From assembly GCF_001194135.2 (NCBI RefSeq), contig NC_068989.1, forward strand, positions 25,818,614 to 25,882,613: a DNA stretch of 64,000 nucleotides, read 5' to 3'. The stretch is from Octopus bimaculoides. Taxonomy: Eukaryota. The translations under genes were made by a program, and so were the position numbers. Under the pieces are notes generated by a model, which saw only the letters and a list, made by a program, of their open reading frames with translations, searched no databases and was not told where the DNA came from. This document shows, piece after piece, positions 39,082 to 51,576 of the stretch; positions within the stretch are counted from its first letter, which is position 1; each line of letters begins with the position of its first letter.

Positions 39082-39186
39082 TTTACTTCGAAACTGTCTA
39101 GCGTGGAGGACCTTGATGAGACATGCACCGACCATGATGTTTGGTTACATATCTAACAGTGTGCAGTCGCTGCAGTTGAAACACGC
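39082..39186 (+). CDS. Candidate 105-bp phase 2-2 exon, unidentified gene
   Basis: Acceptor TTTATGATTCTTTCAG and consensus donor GTAAGT. Only one open frame: LLRNCLAWRTLMRHAPTMMFGYISNSVQSLQLKH. Confidence 0.3.
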
Positions 39187-39294
39187 GTAAGTCTGGAAAA
39201 TATGTTGTGAATAATTGTTAAATAAAATTATGGATATGAAAAACCTCCATTCTCCTTTTAATTATTAATGTTATATACACATATGTGTATGTGT

Positions 39295-39485
39295 GTGTGT
39301 GTGTGAGGTGTTTCTCTTTGTCATTCACCGTCGCTTGACAACCGGTGTGTTGGCAAATGAGGTCGATAGAAAAGGTAGTTGACTTTTAAAACTTTTGGGG
39401 GCCATTTTTTCGAATAAACCATTCAAGGATGTACCCCTGCATGGTCACACAGTCAGAGGACTGAAGGAAATAAAAGATAAAAGAA
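39295..39485 (+). mobile_element. Degraded SINE family A 3' half
   Basis: CACCGTCGCTTGACAACCGGTGTG..CATGGTCACACAGTC..ACTGAAGGAAATAAAAGATAAAAGA. Confidence 0.75.
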
Positions 39486-40774
39486 AAAAAGATTTTCTTC
39501 TGTTTTGCTCATGTGAAATGTCATCAAATGTAATTCAAGTGAAAAACAAAATCTAACGTACGTCTTTATATATTCGTTGAGGCTTCGGGTGAATGTACAA
39601 GATGAAAATACATTACACACCAACGCTTGTTGTTGATTAGAATAGGAAAACTAGGATAGAAGAAAGAAAATGATATATTGAATCGGTCTCTTCTGATAAG
39701 CAATAAATTACATGGAGTTAATTTGTTGCTAGCCAGATGTACATTTTATATATCACTTCTTAGAAAATGTTTTGTGTTTGTTATTGAGAGTGCCATCTCA
39801 GTGATGAACACTAACGTTTCAAAAAACATGAAGTCTTTATTACTAATATTCTTCCGAATGATTACAAAAGGATTATGTGTATTAACGGGGTGAATTCAGA
39901 TTATGTCACATATTCGATTAACATAACAACTTCATCATATGTCTAAGAATTATGTATTATTTGCGATCAATTATTTTTACGTATACAAATTTTTTAGACA
40001 ATTTTATAGTAAATGCTTCACAACTAAAAACTTAAATGTGTTGTGGGGGTAATCTTTGACAGGTATAGGGAAATGTGAATTGCAAAGGTAATGATACTTG
40101 CACATAAAATATATATCTGCTGCTATTAATTTTGTATTTAGTGGGATAATGAATTTAACGAATTATTTAGTTTCGATATGCATAAAATCATAAATTATAG
40201 AAAAATTTCGTTCTTAGGAAAGCAAGATTCTTTGGGAATGAGGATATCAAATGAACGTGTCTAGCATAATGACGAAAATAAACTAGATTGATTAATAACC
40301 TGTCTATTTCGATACATAAAATGAAATAATTAAGATAGTGGCGTTAATGCAGTCAAATCTATGATCTGTGGTTTCTGTTATAGCACAGACTTACATTTAT
40401 TTACTCATTTCTACATGGAATGTTAATGATATGGGGCCGAGATGACCTTAGATTTAATGTGTTTTGAAGACGTGTTTCAGAGAATGTACATATATTTACT
40501 CACTATTAATAGCCCTACTATGTACATAGTCCGTTTCAGTGGATCTAGTGATAATAATCCAACTATACATTGAAACACTACATAAAGATGGTGAATTGGT
40601 GTCAATGTAGGATTTCTAGAATCGGGCTAACTTTAACTGTAGAGAATCAAGCATTTTTATAACGTTTCCATCTTCATATGTATTCTTGAATGCATTTTTT
40701 TACTAAATATGAACGAGTAGATAAAAATGTTGAAATTAAATTTATATTTTGTTAATTTTGCTCAATAACAAGGA

Positions 40775-41930
40775 TTGTTCGGGGCTGATGGCGGTCCTGA
40801 TGGTAGGGAAGTCCTCGAGGATTTTCTGGTTTGGACCAGTCCTCCAGAGAAAGAAGAATTGGACGGGAGTTTCGGGCAGGGTGGCTGCAGTAGTCAAGGC
40901 CTGGTCTTGGTGGTGGGTATACCTGAAAAGGAGGGCGGAGTTGACCAATGTGTTTATAGCATCGGTCATAATCTACCGCCTGACCGTCGTGCACTGTCCG
41001 AATTCGTGGTTGATCAAGTTGGAGAGACAGCTCTTTCGCTTTTTGTGAAAGGGCAGGTCACCATTTGTGAAGCGTTCTGTCTACTGTCAAAAGCCGTTAA
41101 AGGGAGGTTTTGGGATGCCTTGGTTAATGATGCGCAGGGGTGCGTTCAAATTGAGGCATCTCTGGATTTTCGTGGATGGTGAACGCGTGTGGTCTCTGCT
41201 GACCAGACAAATGTCTTCCGAGTTCAAAAGTGTTTGCGAACAGGAAGCCTGGTGTTCTCGTAGACCGAGGTCGAGTGAATGGCCTAAAGAGTGCCGTAAC
41301 TCCCCCCTACTATTCTGGCACTCCGGCAACACCAGCGGTGGAGGCTCTACACTAATTTTATATAGTGGGTTGGTAGAGGCTGAATGTGACGATGGCCTGG
41401 GGGCGACTCTAGGTCTCGAGTATATTCAGCTGGACAGCCTGTTCCATCGTACATTCGGGTTGAGAACGTTGGACAACTTCCAAAAGTCTTTGACTTGGCA
41501 GTGTTACAGAGGTGTCTTGTCCGTTTGAAATATGCTCGCAAGACACGGTAAGCGTAAGTCTCCGACCTGTCCAAGATGCGGGAGAGACAGGGAAACCGTC
41601 TCTCGCGCTATTGTCCAGTATCCGGAGATATCTGAAATGTGGGTTTATACTGAACACCTCTTCTCCGGTGAAGGAAGCGTACGGCTGTCGACTGAGTCAA
41701 TTATAAAAATTGACCCACCGGGACTTTTAACAAACGCAGGTAAGAATTGCTTTCTCACGGTTGTAGCAATAGCGAAAGAGGCAGTATGGAAGACTAGGAT
41801 AAAATGGATTAAGACAGGCAACTTAATCTCCGGCCACGATTTACGGTCATTTTTTACTTTTCATTTGAAATGGAAGGTGTGGCTGGAGAAGAAGTGTCTG
41901 TCTAATAGTATGTTCAAAAGGAGAAAATAA
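40775..41930 (+). mobile_element. L1/Tx1-type LINE ORF2 C-terminal fragment (post-RT and zf-RVT), one frame with two stops
   Basis: ORFs at 40749, 41067 and 41532 share one frame: LKRRAELTNVFIASVIIYRL..LERQLFRFL*KG..P..GGFGMPWL..QKSLTWQCYRG..CPRCG..ETV. Confidence 0.85.
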
Positions 41931-42821
41931 TGTATGTTTACAGGATTCATTTCTATCTTGTTCTTAGTAAAGTATAACGACTTATAATTTGCGAAACAAC
42001 ACATACTAGACATTTATTCAATGAAAAAGATAAAATGGCAGACAATATTTTACGAATATGTCACAGACTTATAAGCAGCTCTCAAATAAGTTAGCTCTAA
42101 ATTTGCTTGCAGCGATGAATGTCGAAAAATATTTTGTATAGGAAAATCATATGAATATTAACCAGCTCATTTGAAATAATTTATCGCTGTCGTTGAGAGA
42201 TTTATAACAGAAAGATTTTTTTTAATGAACCAATTGAAAATCCAATATTGCGATGAACAAAGGAAATATCTCTACAACCACAAATTTAAAATGTTTCTAA
42301 AAAGTTTTGTTCTTTCTTGGCATTTTATACTTTAATGCTGTACTAATTCATGCGAAAATGTTAGAGAACATATACTCATATAAAGACAATTGCTTAGGTT
42401 TGTGACAACGGTTAGGATTTCAGTTGATTATGTAATTTATTAACATGTATTTATGCACAGATGTTGATGCATTTTTGATTTCAAATGTATGATATTGCAT
42501 GGTGTATATGACTTCGTTAATATCGGTAAAATGATGGGCCTTGATTTACTCACACATTAGGACGCAAGTTCATTTACGTATATAATACATATATGTATAC
42601 TGGCTGATATGAAACTCCAGATTTACCGTTTCTTTGATAAACTTTTAAACTGTAAGGACATAGTGTATACTGATCCCAAACATGATAGTAACTGAAATAC
42701 AACGATAAACTATTACCTGCATAAATAAAAAATTTCCACTTCATTACCTACACGAACAACACTTGAATGGACGTATAAAATAGACAAGGGGTTTCTAAAA
42801 CAATTCATATATATTTATTTG

Positions 42822-42874
<53 letters not shown>

Positions 42875-42877
<3 letters not shown>

Positions 42878-43148
42878 AGGCATGACCTAGTGTTAAAGAG
42901 TTGCACTTACAATCGCGATATCGTGGCTTAAATCCCTGGAGCTAGTGATGCGTTTGTTCTTCAGCAAATTGTTTTATCTCATATTGCTCTGCGATCAATT
43001 GGACTACTAAAGTCTAGTACACAATGTACCTGTTCAAGTTATGGAGGAGTAAGCTAATTCACAGCACATGCATCTGATCAATATAAACAATCCATTTGTG
43101 GCAGTCATTCATCAAGAACTAAATACTTATACGTCGTCTTAAACGGGT
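42875..43148 (+). mobile_element. Degraded tRNA-derived SINE (family E) starting at a (TG)n tract
   Basis: GGAGGCATGACCTAGTGTT..GCTTAAATCCC (degenerate A and B boxes) and CORE-like TTCTTCAGCAA..TCATATTGCTC. Confidence 0.6.
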
Positions 43149-43153
43149 GATTT

Positions 43154-43194
<41 letters not shown>

Positions 43195-43336
43195 TATGTA
43201 GGGTATTGGATTCAACCAAATCATAAAGATACAGGTAATACCAAGTAAGTGCTGTATACCGACTAGTTTTGCCTCTTTCGTTGTATAAACATGAGTGGGG
43301 AATATAACATAGGTCGTGTATTAGCGTGTGTATGTA

Positions 43337-43613
43337 TAAAGAGAGAAAAGGATAAAGAGGACAATGGCAGAGTTAGAAATATATTTTATGGATAAAGTCT
43401 TACAGCTGTTTCAGGGAAAATCCAATGTATCCCTTCATCGGAGACGGTAATAGTAGAGGAATGGATTATTACATCTATAAGAGGATGTAATAGATGTAAT
43501 AATCCATTGGATACATTGGATACATTGGATTTTCCCTGAAACAGCTGTAAGACTTTATCCCTAAAATATATTTCTAACTCTACCATTGTTCTCTTTATCC
43601 TTTTCTCTCTTTA
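43337..43613. repeat. Near-perfect 96-bp inverted repeat with a nested 19-bp inverted repeat
   Basis: 43337-43432 versus 43518-43613 shows 3 mismatches. 43460-43478 versus 43490-43508 is perfect. Confidence 0.95.
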
Positions 43614-43620
43614 CACACAC

Positions 43621-43718
<98 letters not shown>

Positions 43719-44029
43719 GTGCGTTTTTGCGCGTGTGTGTGTGTCGGTATGTTTGCATGCATATTCGCATACATGTTGAAGACTATTTAATAGTAGTTAA
43801 TAACATTATGGGACACACATTCTCATACCCATAGATCTCGTATTTATTGAACTAGCATTTTAAATCCCCCTTTTTAATTCACGAGATACACAATTATCAG
43901 CAACAATAGTGTAGTACTGTTTGTGCCTATTGCTCTGAGTAAATAAACATTTATATAGAGAGAGAGCTAAATAGATATCGATATACGCACACACATATAT
44001 ATGTATGAGAGGAGAGAGTGAGAGAGAGA

Positions 44030-44235
44030 CAGTGACAGAGGGGCAGAGATGTGAGAGGCTTCATTAAGTTGCTGTGTTTGTGTAATGCGCACCTCTCATC
44101 AGAACATCGGTATATGCGACATGAGTTGAATATCTGCTAGAACAAAACAGGACTTAAATTATGATGTATTAAATACAATTTTCTTATTTCTTTTCTATCT
44201 TTGCAATAAAATGCCAATTTGTAGTTGACTGAAAG
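44030..44235 (+). repeat. ~200-bp (GA)n-anchored dispersed repeat, copy 1
   Basis: Shares TCAGAACATC, ATCTGCTAG, AAAACAGGAC..AATTATGAT and TAGTTGACT, in order, with 47650-47840. Confidence 0.65.
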
Positions 44236-44245
44236 TTACTATAGT

Positions 44246-44598
44246 GGTTCTCCATCGGATACGACGAAGAGGGTTCCAGTTGATCCGATCAACGTGAAAT
44301 TAACATGCAAGTGGCTGAGCACTCCACAGACACGAGTACCCGTAACGTAGTTCTCGAAGAGATTCAGCGTGACACAGAGTGTGACAAGGCTGGCTCTTCG
44401 AAGTACAACAAAAAGTGGAAGAAAGAGTGAGGGAAAGCTGTGGTGAAAAAGTAGAGCACCCCTCCCCCTCTGCCGGAGTCTCGTGGAGCTTTAGGTGTTT
44501 TCACTCAACAAACACTCACAATGCCTGGTCTGGGAAACGAAACCGGGATCCTACGACCGCGAGTCCGCTGCCTTACCCACTGGGCCATTGCGCCTACA
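44246..44598 (-). mobile_element. tRNA-derived SINE family C
   Basis: Reverse complement matches 51249-51576 and 57091-57474. Confidence 0.9.
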
Positions 44599-44934
44599 CA
44601 AGGGTACTATACACGCATCCACATGTGTGTGTGTGTGTTTCTTTCTGTGTTTATGTGTGCGTCCGTTTATTTGTGCGTGCGTGTTTTGGGGTTTGTGTTT
44701 ATGTATATGCGTGTGTGAGTGTGCATGTGTTTTTTGTGTCTTCATATGTATGAAGTATTGCGCTCTATTCTCAATAAGCTACTACGATGTATATTTGTTT
44801 AATATAAAATATTTCTCATATTTCCAATGTTGGTACGATGAAAGAGGGATATTAAATACAAATGCAAATATGGACAGTTACTATAAACCTATACATAAAT
44901 ACACAAACACGCATGTAAATGCAAGGAAAGTGTA

Positions 44935-45150
44935 ATTAACACCCTGGGGCTAATGCAATTTCGCACCTCTCTCTGAAAAATGCATTTTTTTCAAAATCTT
45001 TTTTTCGGATTCCTACGTTTTAGATGTCGGAGATTACGAATATGCAAAAAAAAAAAAAAATTACTCTTCTCCCAACCAAAACCACATTTTGAACTTTATC
45101 GAAATTTTTTTCCCAATGTTTTAGATGACGGAGATTCCGAATATGCAAGA
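44935..45150. repeat. Probable DNA-transposon end with two 31-bp subterminal direct repeats
   Basis: GTTTTAGATG(T/A)CGGAGATT(A/C)CGAATATGCAA at 45017-45047 and 45118-45148. Confidence 0.55.
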
Positions 45151-45968
45151 AACCACGCATATAGATATGTGTATAACGAGATAGATATGAATGCCTTCCT
45201 GGAGCTAAAATCAACACTAACACCGTCTTCTTTAGGACTGCGACATTTAGTTGATATATATTTTATAAATAAACGGACAGGCTTAAATAGATAGACAGAT
45301 ATATAANNNNNNNNNNNNNNNNNNNNNNNNNNNNNNNNNNNNNNNNNNNNNNNNNNNNNNNNNNNNNNNNNNNNNNNNNNNNNNNNNNNNNNNNNNNNNN
45401 NNNNNNNNNNNNNNNNNNNNNNNNNNNNNNNNNNNNNNNNNNNNNNNNNNNNNNNNNNNNNNNNNNNNNNNNNNNNNNNNNNNNNNNNNNNNNNNNNNNN
45501 NNNNNNNNNNNNNNNNNNNNNNNNNNNNNNNNNNNNNNNNNNNNNNNNNNNNNNNNNNNNNNNNNNNNNNNNNNNNNNNNNNNNNNNNNNNNNNNNNNNN
45601 NNNNNNNNNNNNNNNNNNNNNNNNNNNNNNNNNNNNNNNNNNNNNNNNNNNNNNNNNNNNNNNNNNNNNNNNNNNNNNNNNNNNNNNNNNNNNNNNNNNN
45701 NNNNNNNNNNNNNNNNNNNNNNNNNNNNNNNNNNNNNNNNNNNNNNNNNNNNNNNNNNNNNNNNNNNNNNNNNNNNNNNNNNNNNNNNCTTCAGGGTGCA
45801 ATAATAAGATCAGCTATTCCCACACCTTAAGTTTAGTCTCTAGTATATTTGACAAATAAAATTATGAAAAATGTGTCATGTGTTACAAGAATGTCGAAAA
45901 TACGCACTTGCACACACACACACGCATACACACGCACACACACACGCGCACACACACACGCACGCACG

Positions 45969-45999
<31 letters not shown>

Positions 46000-46014
46000 A
46001 CATACCCACAGATG

Positions 46015-46125
46015 TATGACAGACTTTCAGTTTCCCTGTATCCACTAAGAAGTATTTTTTTCGGCCATGGCCTATCATAGAAGACATTTTCGCAACGTAC
46101 CGTTCAATGGGCCTGAACAATTCTT
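46015..46125 (-). mobile_element. Degraded SINE family A head
   Basis: Reverse complement GTTCAGGCCCA..TGTCTTCTA..GGCCGA..AGTGGAT..GGAAACTGAAAG. Confidence 0.6.
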
Positions 46126-46214
46126 ATCAAGGAAACTTCTCAAACATACAGTCACGCTTGCGTCTATATGTATACATACATATACAGACAAATTTATACA
46201 CAAGCACATATAAC

Positions 46215-46595
46215 ATATGTGGGTTCGAAATCCATGTCTGTTTGATGACAAATTTTCCCGTTTTGTAAGAGTAATTTACCCAATATTTCTGTTGTTCTAA
46301 CGACGTTTCTACGTTCGAAAAAACGTCACCTTACTTGTATAGTACAATAAACATTTCGATGATTATAACAAAATAACAAATAGTTTGTTTATATACACAT
46401 AGTTGTGCATTTAGCTTTACAGCCTCTACATTTGCTGCTAAACTTCTTAGCGGGTAGTTTAGCTTCGTAATAAATCACTCAGCCGAAGTCTTTGAGGGTT
46501 GTGGGTTCGAATCCCATGGCTGGTTATTAAAATTTTTTTCCGCTTTTTAACGTTAATTGACCCAAAACCTCTGCTGTTCTAACGGCGTTTCTGTA
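46215..46595 (+). repeat. About 1.3 units of a ~282-bp tandem repeat containing a tRNA-like module
   Basis: GTGGGTTCGAA at 46219 and 46501. CTGTTCTAACG(A/G)CGTTTCT also recurs. Perfect B-box GGTTCGAATCC in unit 2. Confidence 0.7.
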
Positions 46596-46728
46596 AATAT
46601 ATATACAGTTCTCAGTATATAAATATTGATCAGTGTCATAACATGAAGAAAAATTACATAACTTCTTCAAACATTTTTTATTCATTTGGGATACGAAATA
46701 TGTTCACTGATAGATTGTTAACTAGTTA

Positions 46729-46799
<71 letters not shown>

Positions 46800-47500
46800 N
46801 NNNNNNNNNNNNNNNNNNNNNNNNNNNNNNNNNNNNNNNNNNNNNNNNNNNNNNNNNNNNNNNNNNNNNNNNNNNNNNNNNNNNNNNNNNNNNNNNNNNN
46901 NNNNNNNNNNNNNNNNNNNNNNNNNNNNNNNNNNNNNNNNNNNNNNNNNNNNNNNNNNNNNNNNNNNNNNNNNNNNNNNNNNNNNNNNNNNNNNNNNNNN
47001 NNNNNNNNNNNNNNNNNNNNNNNNNNNNNNNNNNNNNNNNNNNNNNNNNNNNNNNNNNNNNNNNNNNNNNNNNNNNNNNNNNNNNNNNNNNNNNNNNNNN
47101 NNNNNNNNNNNNNNNNNNNNNNNNNNNNNNNNNNNNNNNNNNNNNNNNNNNNNNNNNNNNNNNNNNNNNNNNNNNNNNNNNNNNNNNNNNNNNNNNNNNN
47201 NNNNNNNNNNNNNNNNNNNNNNNNNNNNNNNNNNNNNNNNNNNNNNNNNNNNNNNNNNNNNNNNNNNNNNNNNNNNNNNNNNNNNNNNNNNNNNNNNNNN
47301 NNNNNNNNNNNNNNNNNNNNNNNNNNNNNNNNNNNNNNNNNNNNNNNNNNNNNNNNNNNNNNNNNNNNNNNNNNNNNNNNNNNNNNNNNNNNNNNNNNNN
47401 NNNNNNNNNNNNNNNNNNNNNNNNNNNNNNNNNNNNNNNNNNNNNNNNNNNNNNNNNNNNNNNATATATAGAGAGAGAGAGAGAGAGAGATAGATAAGTT

Positions 47501-47532
<32 letters not shown>

Positions 47533-47583
47533 TATGTGTGCGTGTGTGTACACACATATATATGTACGTATATATATGAGCAT

Positions 47584-47626
<43 letters not shown>

Positions 47627-47649
47627 GAGAGAGAGTGAGAGAGATAGAG

Positions 47650-47840
47650 TTAGAGAGATAGCGGTGGAGGAAGCTAGATTAGGTAGTCGTCTGTGTTTAA
47701 TATGAATCTCACCTCAGAACATCTATGCATGTGACGGATGGAACATCTGCTAGTGTAAAACAGGACGATAATTATGATTGATTAATAGTTTCTTCTTCTT
47801 TTGCTCTCTTTGCAATGTCAATTTATAGTTGACTCAGAGA
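47650..47840 (+). repeat. (GA)n-anchored dispersed repeat, copy 2
   Basis: Homologous to 44030-44235. Confidence 0.65.
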
Positions 47841-48030
47841 AACTGTGCACACCTATATGCATGTGTGTGTACGTGTGTTTGTGTGTGTATGCGTGTGTTT
47901 GCGCGTGTGTGTGTGTGTATGTGTGTGTATGCGTGTGTTAGCGTGTGTGTGTGTTTGTGTGTTTGTGTTTATATATATTGTAATACTTAGGGATGGTTAT
48001 ATTTTGTCAATTAAATGCACGAACTATATA

Positions 48031-49181
48031 TTTAGTTGTTTCACATGAAATGTCGCATTTTTAATTGCTATTTCAGTCATTTAAAAACTCGGTTATGACC
48101 ATTTTCTTTCCAAATAATATAAGTATACAAATTTCGTTCCCACAGACATTATGAAAATGATAACAACTAAACCATCTCGAATGATTTTCTAGTTTTAGTA
48201 CAAACTGCATCACTCTGCCGCAGAAGCTCTACGGAATACCAAGCGGGCCTTTGGTTGACATCAAAACTCTTCAGAGTTGGTTCCAAAGCTCTCGTTCATG
48301 AAACGATAGCCTTGAAAATAAACTAAGGGGTAGGCCAAAATCAGTTATGCGACATGATGGATTAAATACTTTGGTTGAACAAGATCCGAGAACAAACGTT
48401 CGAAAACTTTCATCAGAACTCAAAACATCTCGCACAACTGTTTTTGTACACCTGTAAAATGTTGAAAAAAAGGAAACAGACGCCTCTAAGTGTACTCCGT
48501 ATTGTTTTCTCGATGGAAAAAGGGCATTTTTGCATGAAATTATTATTTGTGATGAGAAATGGATACTCTTTGGAAACAGCAGGAGAACAGGACAGCGATT
48601 GATTAGATGTAGGATAATCACCTAAGCAAAACTCAAAGCACACATTGCAGCCCAAAAAGTTAGTGGTCACTGTATGCAGGTCTTCAAAGAGAATAACTAT
48701 TCATTATTCACCTTTGCAACACGGAAAAACGATAGGAGCAACATCGTATTGCCAGGAAATTGATTGTATGCATGTGAACTTGAAAGAGAAGCAACCCAGA
48801 CTAGTGAATAAAGATGGCCCAATTTTGCTCCACAAAAATGCACATCCTCACACTCCTCAAGCTACGGTCCAAAAGTTGAAAAGCCTGAATTATGAGATAT
48901 TGCAACATCTTTCCTATTCCCCTGGTACTCCCCTACTCATCATCACTTATTTAAACATTTTGAGCTTTTCATAAGAAATAAACCATTCTTAGCATTCGAA
49001 CAGTTTATCACAACCAAAGATGATTTTTTTTTAAAGATGGAATATATGACGTAGAGAAGCATTGGGTAAATGTTATAACTGAACATGGATCGTACTTTGA
49101 TTAAATAAATCAGTTCTCTAACACTTCTCAAAGATTTTATTGTTACCTTTCAAATATGACATTTCATGTGAAACAGCCTAA
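48031..49181 (+). mobile_element. Near full-length mariner with TIRs and TA TSD, transposase degraded
   Basis: TIRs TTTAGTTGTTTCACATGAAATGTC and GACATTTCATGTGAAACAGCCTAA flanked by TA. Motifs IIICDEKW, GPILLHKNAHPH and HLSYSP. Confidence 0.93.
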
Positions 49182-50493
49182 TAGTTGGTCTTTATTTCAG
49201 CTTTATTATTAAAATTGTATTTTCTTTGTCGAAGCTCTTTGGTCACACATCATGTTTCCTCTTCAGCAACTCATTATCTCACATGTCTCCTCTTGACCTG
49301 CTTATTTCATTTTTGGAATTCACAGAACAACGACTAGCTCTGCTGTTAAACAAATAGGAGCCTCTCCCAAATTACTGTAGTGCATAATTTTAAGCTAATA
49401 ACAGAATTCTTTACTTGGAACCCGGAAAACCTAATAAAACTAATGTAAACAGAAACAATAATAATAACTATGATTCTAGCGGGATAATGAGCATCTATCT
49501 GGATTTTGAATTCGAAATCACACTGACTGATAGAAGTACACATGTTAACGTAGTCCAATAATTGAATATTTTATTTTGTTCGATTTTAACGAATTCACAT
49601 TAAACTTCAAAGGTATAGGGTTCTTTGTGAACTGAGACAAAATATTATTTGAATTTCAACTTTATTCATGTCAATTAATACTACACATCTAATTTTCAAA
49701 AAAGTATAACATTTTGCTATTATGAACTGATCTGATCATCCAAATTGAAACGATATTTATTTCCTCGTTTTTCCGATTCCTTTCACATATGTCCATTTAT
49801 CTTATATGGTATCATATTATCTATTTATGAGTTTAGAAAAATGTGAACGTTAGTTGATCTAATTAATGATTTCCTTCACTACTGAGTGTATAAAATATCT
49901 GTTCCCTTAATATCTAAAAAAAAGTTATTCTAATTTAGGTGATACCAGAACTATAGTCGTGTCTTATTTCAGCACAAACTCTACTGTCATGTATCCTAGG
50001 ATTTTATGATTCCTCACCTAGCATATATTTTAAGTAGGTCTATCTTATACTTAAAGGCTCAATTCGACTCACCCACCCGTATGGATAGAACTTTGAAAAA
50101 AAAACTGCATAGAAATGTCTAGTTTGGATGGATATGTACTAAGATAGAATCAGCTAGATGCACATACATGCTACATCAGAGGATACTAGAACATTTATCG
50201 AGAGAAACATGTGTCGGACTGGAATTTAATGAGAATAATACTGTAATGAATATAATTTGAAGATGAATAATGCCCAATATTCCTTTATGATGTCCTGATT
50301 ATGTACTCTGTATGCTGTATGAAGTCCACTGAAAAGAATTTAAAATTTACCTATCAGGTGAAGTACCGTTCAGTTATTTATTTTGAACAATTTTGAATGT
50401 TTCCTTCAATTTAATGTGGTTAGCCAGATCTGAATTATATCAGAGTGCTAGGAAGTTACAAGCCCGAATTCCAAATTTCTATCCCTTTACGTT

Positions 50494-50550
<57 letters not shown>

Positions 50551-51248
50551 CACACACACACACTCTCTCTCTCTCTCATGCGCGCGCGCGCAAGAACGCG
50601 TGCGCACACGCACACATAAACACAAGTTCCATAATTGAAAATGAATTCAGCAAGTTTACTTGCCTTATAATAGTCATAATAATATCAAAATTATCATTTA
50701 TTCATAAGTTACATTATATGAAAGTAAATATATTATACGTTGTCATATGTGGCATGAGGAACAAATGTGTAGTGATGGATTGAACAAGTATCAAAATCCT
50801 GGAAACTAATCAATAATAAATCGAGATACATGGAAGGAAGCAAGAAGTATGATAAATATTACAGAAATATTAAATATCAAAATAGGAAATATCTTGGTAA
50901 CGTCCACGAATATTGCCATACTAAACCTGACACCGTCAACACCACAGGGAACCACAAATTAGACTAGATGTGTACGTTATACCACACACATAGAGACACA
51001 TCATGGTAGATTCAAATGTTAGAAGTCATTAATATTGAAAGACTACCTTGAGGATAACATCTTCTCTATATAATTAAAAAAAGAATCTCAGTAAACAGAT
51101 ATACAAAGCCTTTTAATCCAACCAACAACTCTTTCGTTATACAGCGCAGCTGATAGACACACATGGGGTACAATAAAAATCAATGGGGGAGTTATTTATA
51201 GAAACAGTTTAGAAATTTGACAATATTTAGTTACTATTTTGGACTCAC

Positions 51249-51576
51249 TGGGGGCGCAATGGCCCAGTGGTTAGGGCAGCAGACTCGCGGTCATAGGATC
51301 ACGGTTTCGATTCCCAGACCAGGCGTTCTGAGTGTTTATTGAGCGAAAACACCTAAAGCTCCATGTGGCTCCGGCAGGGGATGGTGGCGAACCTTGCTGT
51401 ACTCTTCCACCACAACTTTCCTTCACTCTTACTTCCTGTTTCTGTTGTGCCTGTAATTCAAATGGTCAGCCTTGTCAAACTGTGTCACGCTGAATGTCCC
51501 CGAGAACTACGTTAAGGGTACACGTATCTGTGGAGTGCTCAGACATTTGCACGTTAATTTCACGAGCAGGCTGTTC
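51249..51576 (+). mobile_element. SINE family C, truncated by a gap
   Basis: GGCGCAATGGCCCAGTGGTTAGGGCAG..GGTTTCGATTCCC head, then the family C body. Confidence 0.92.

Noticed and set aside
33900-41530. In-frame TGA stops at positions where Trp/Arg/Gly is expected, suggesting selenocysteine or A-to-I rescue
   Set aside because: Single TGG/CGA/GGA-to-TGA changes are ordinary decay. The elements also have frameshifts or truncations, and no SECIS is evident.
49940-50010. Solo LTR related to 60424-60680 (shared TAGTCGTGTCTTA)
   Set aside because: Only a 13-nt match, with no TG..CA ends or TSD.
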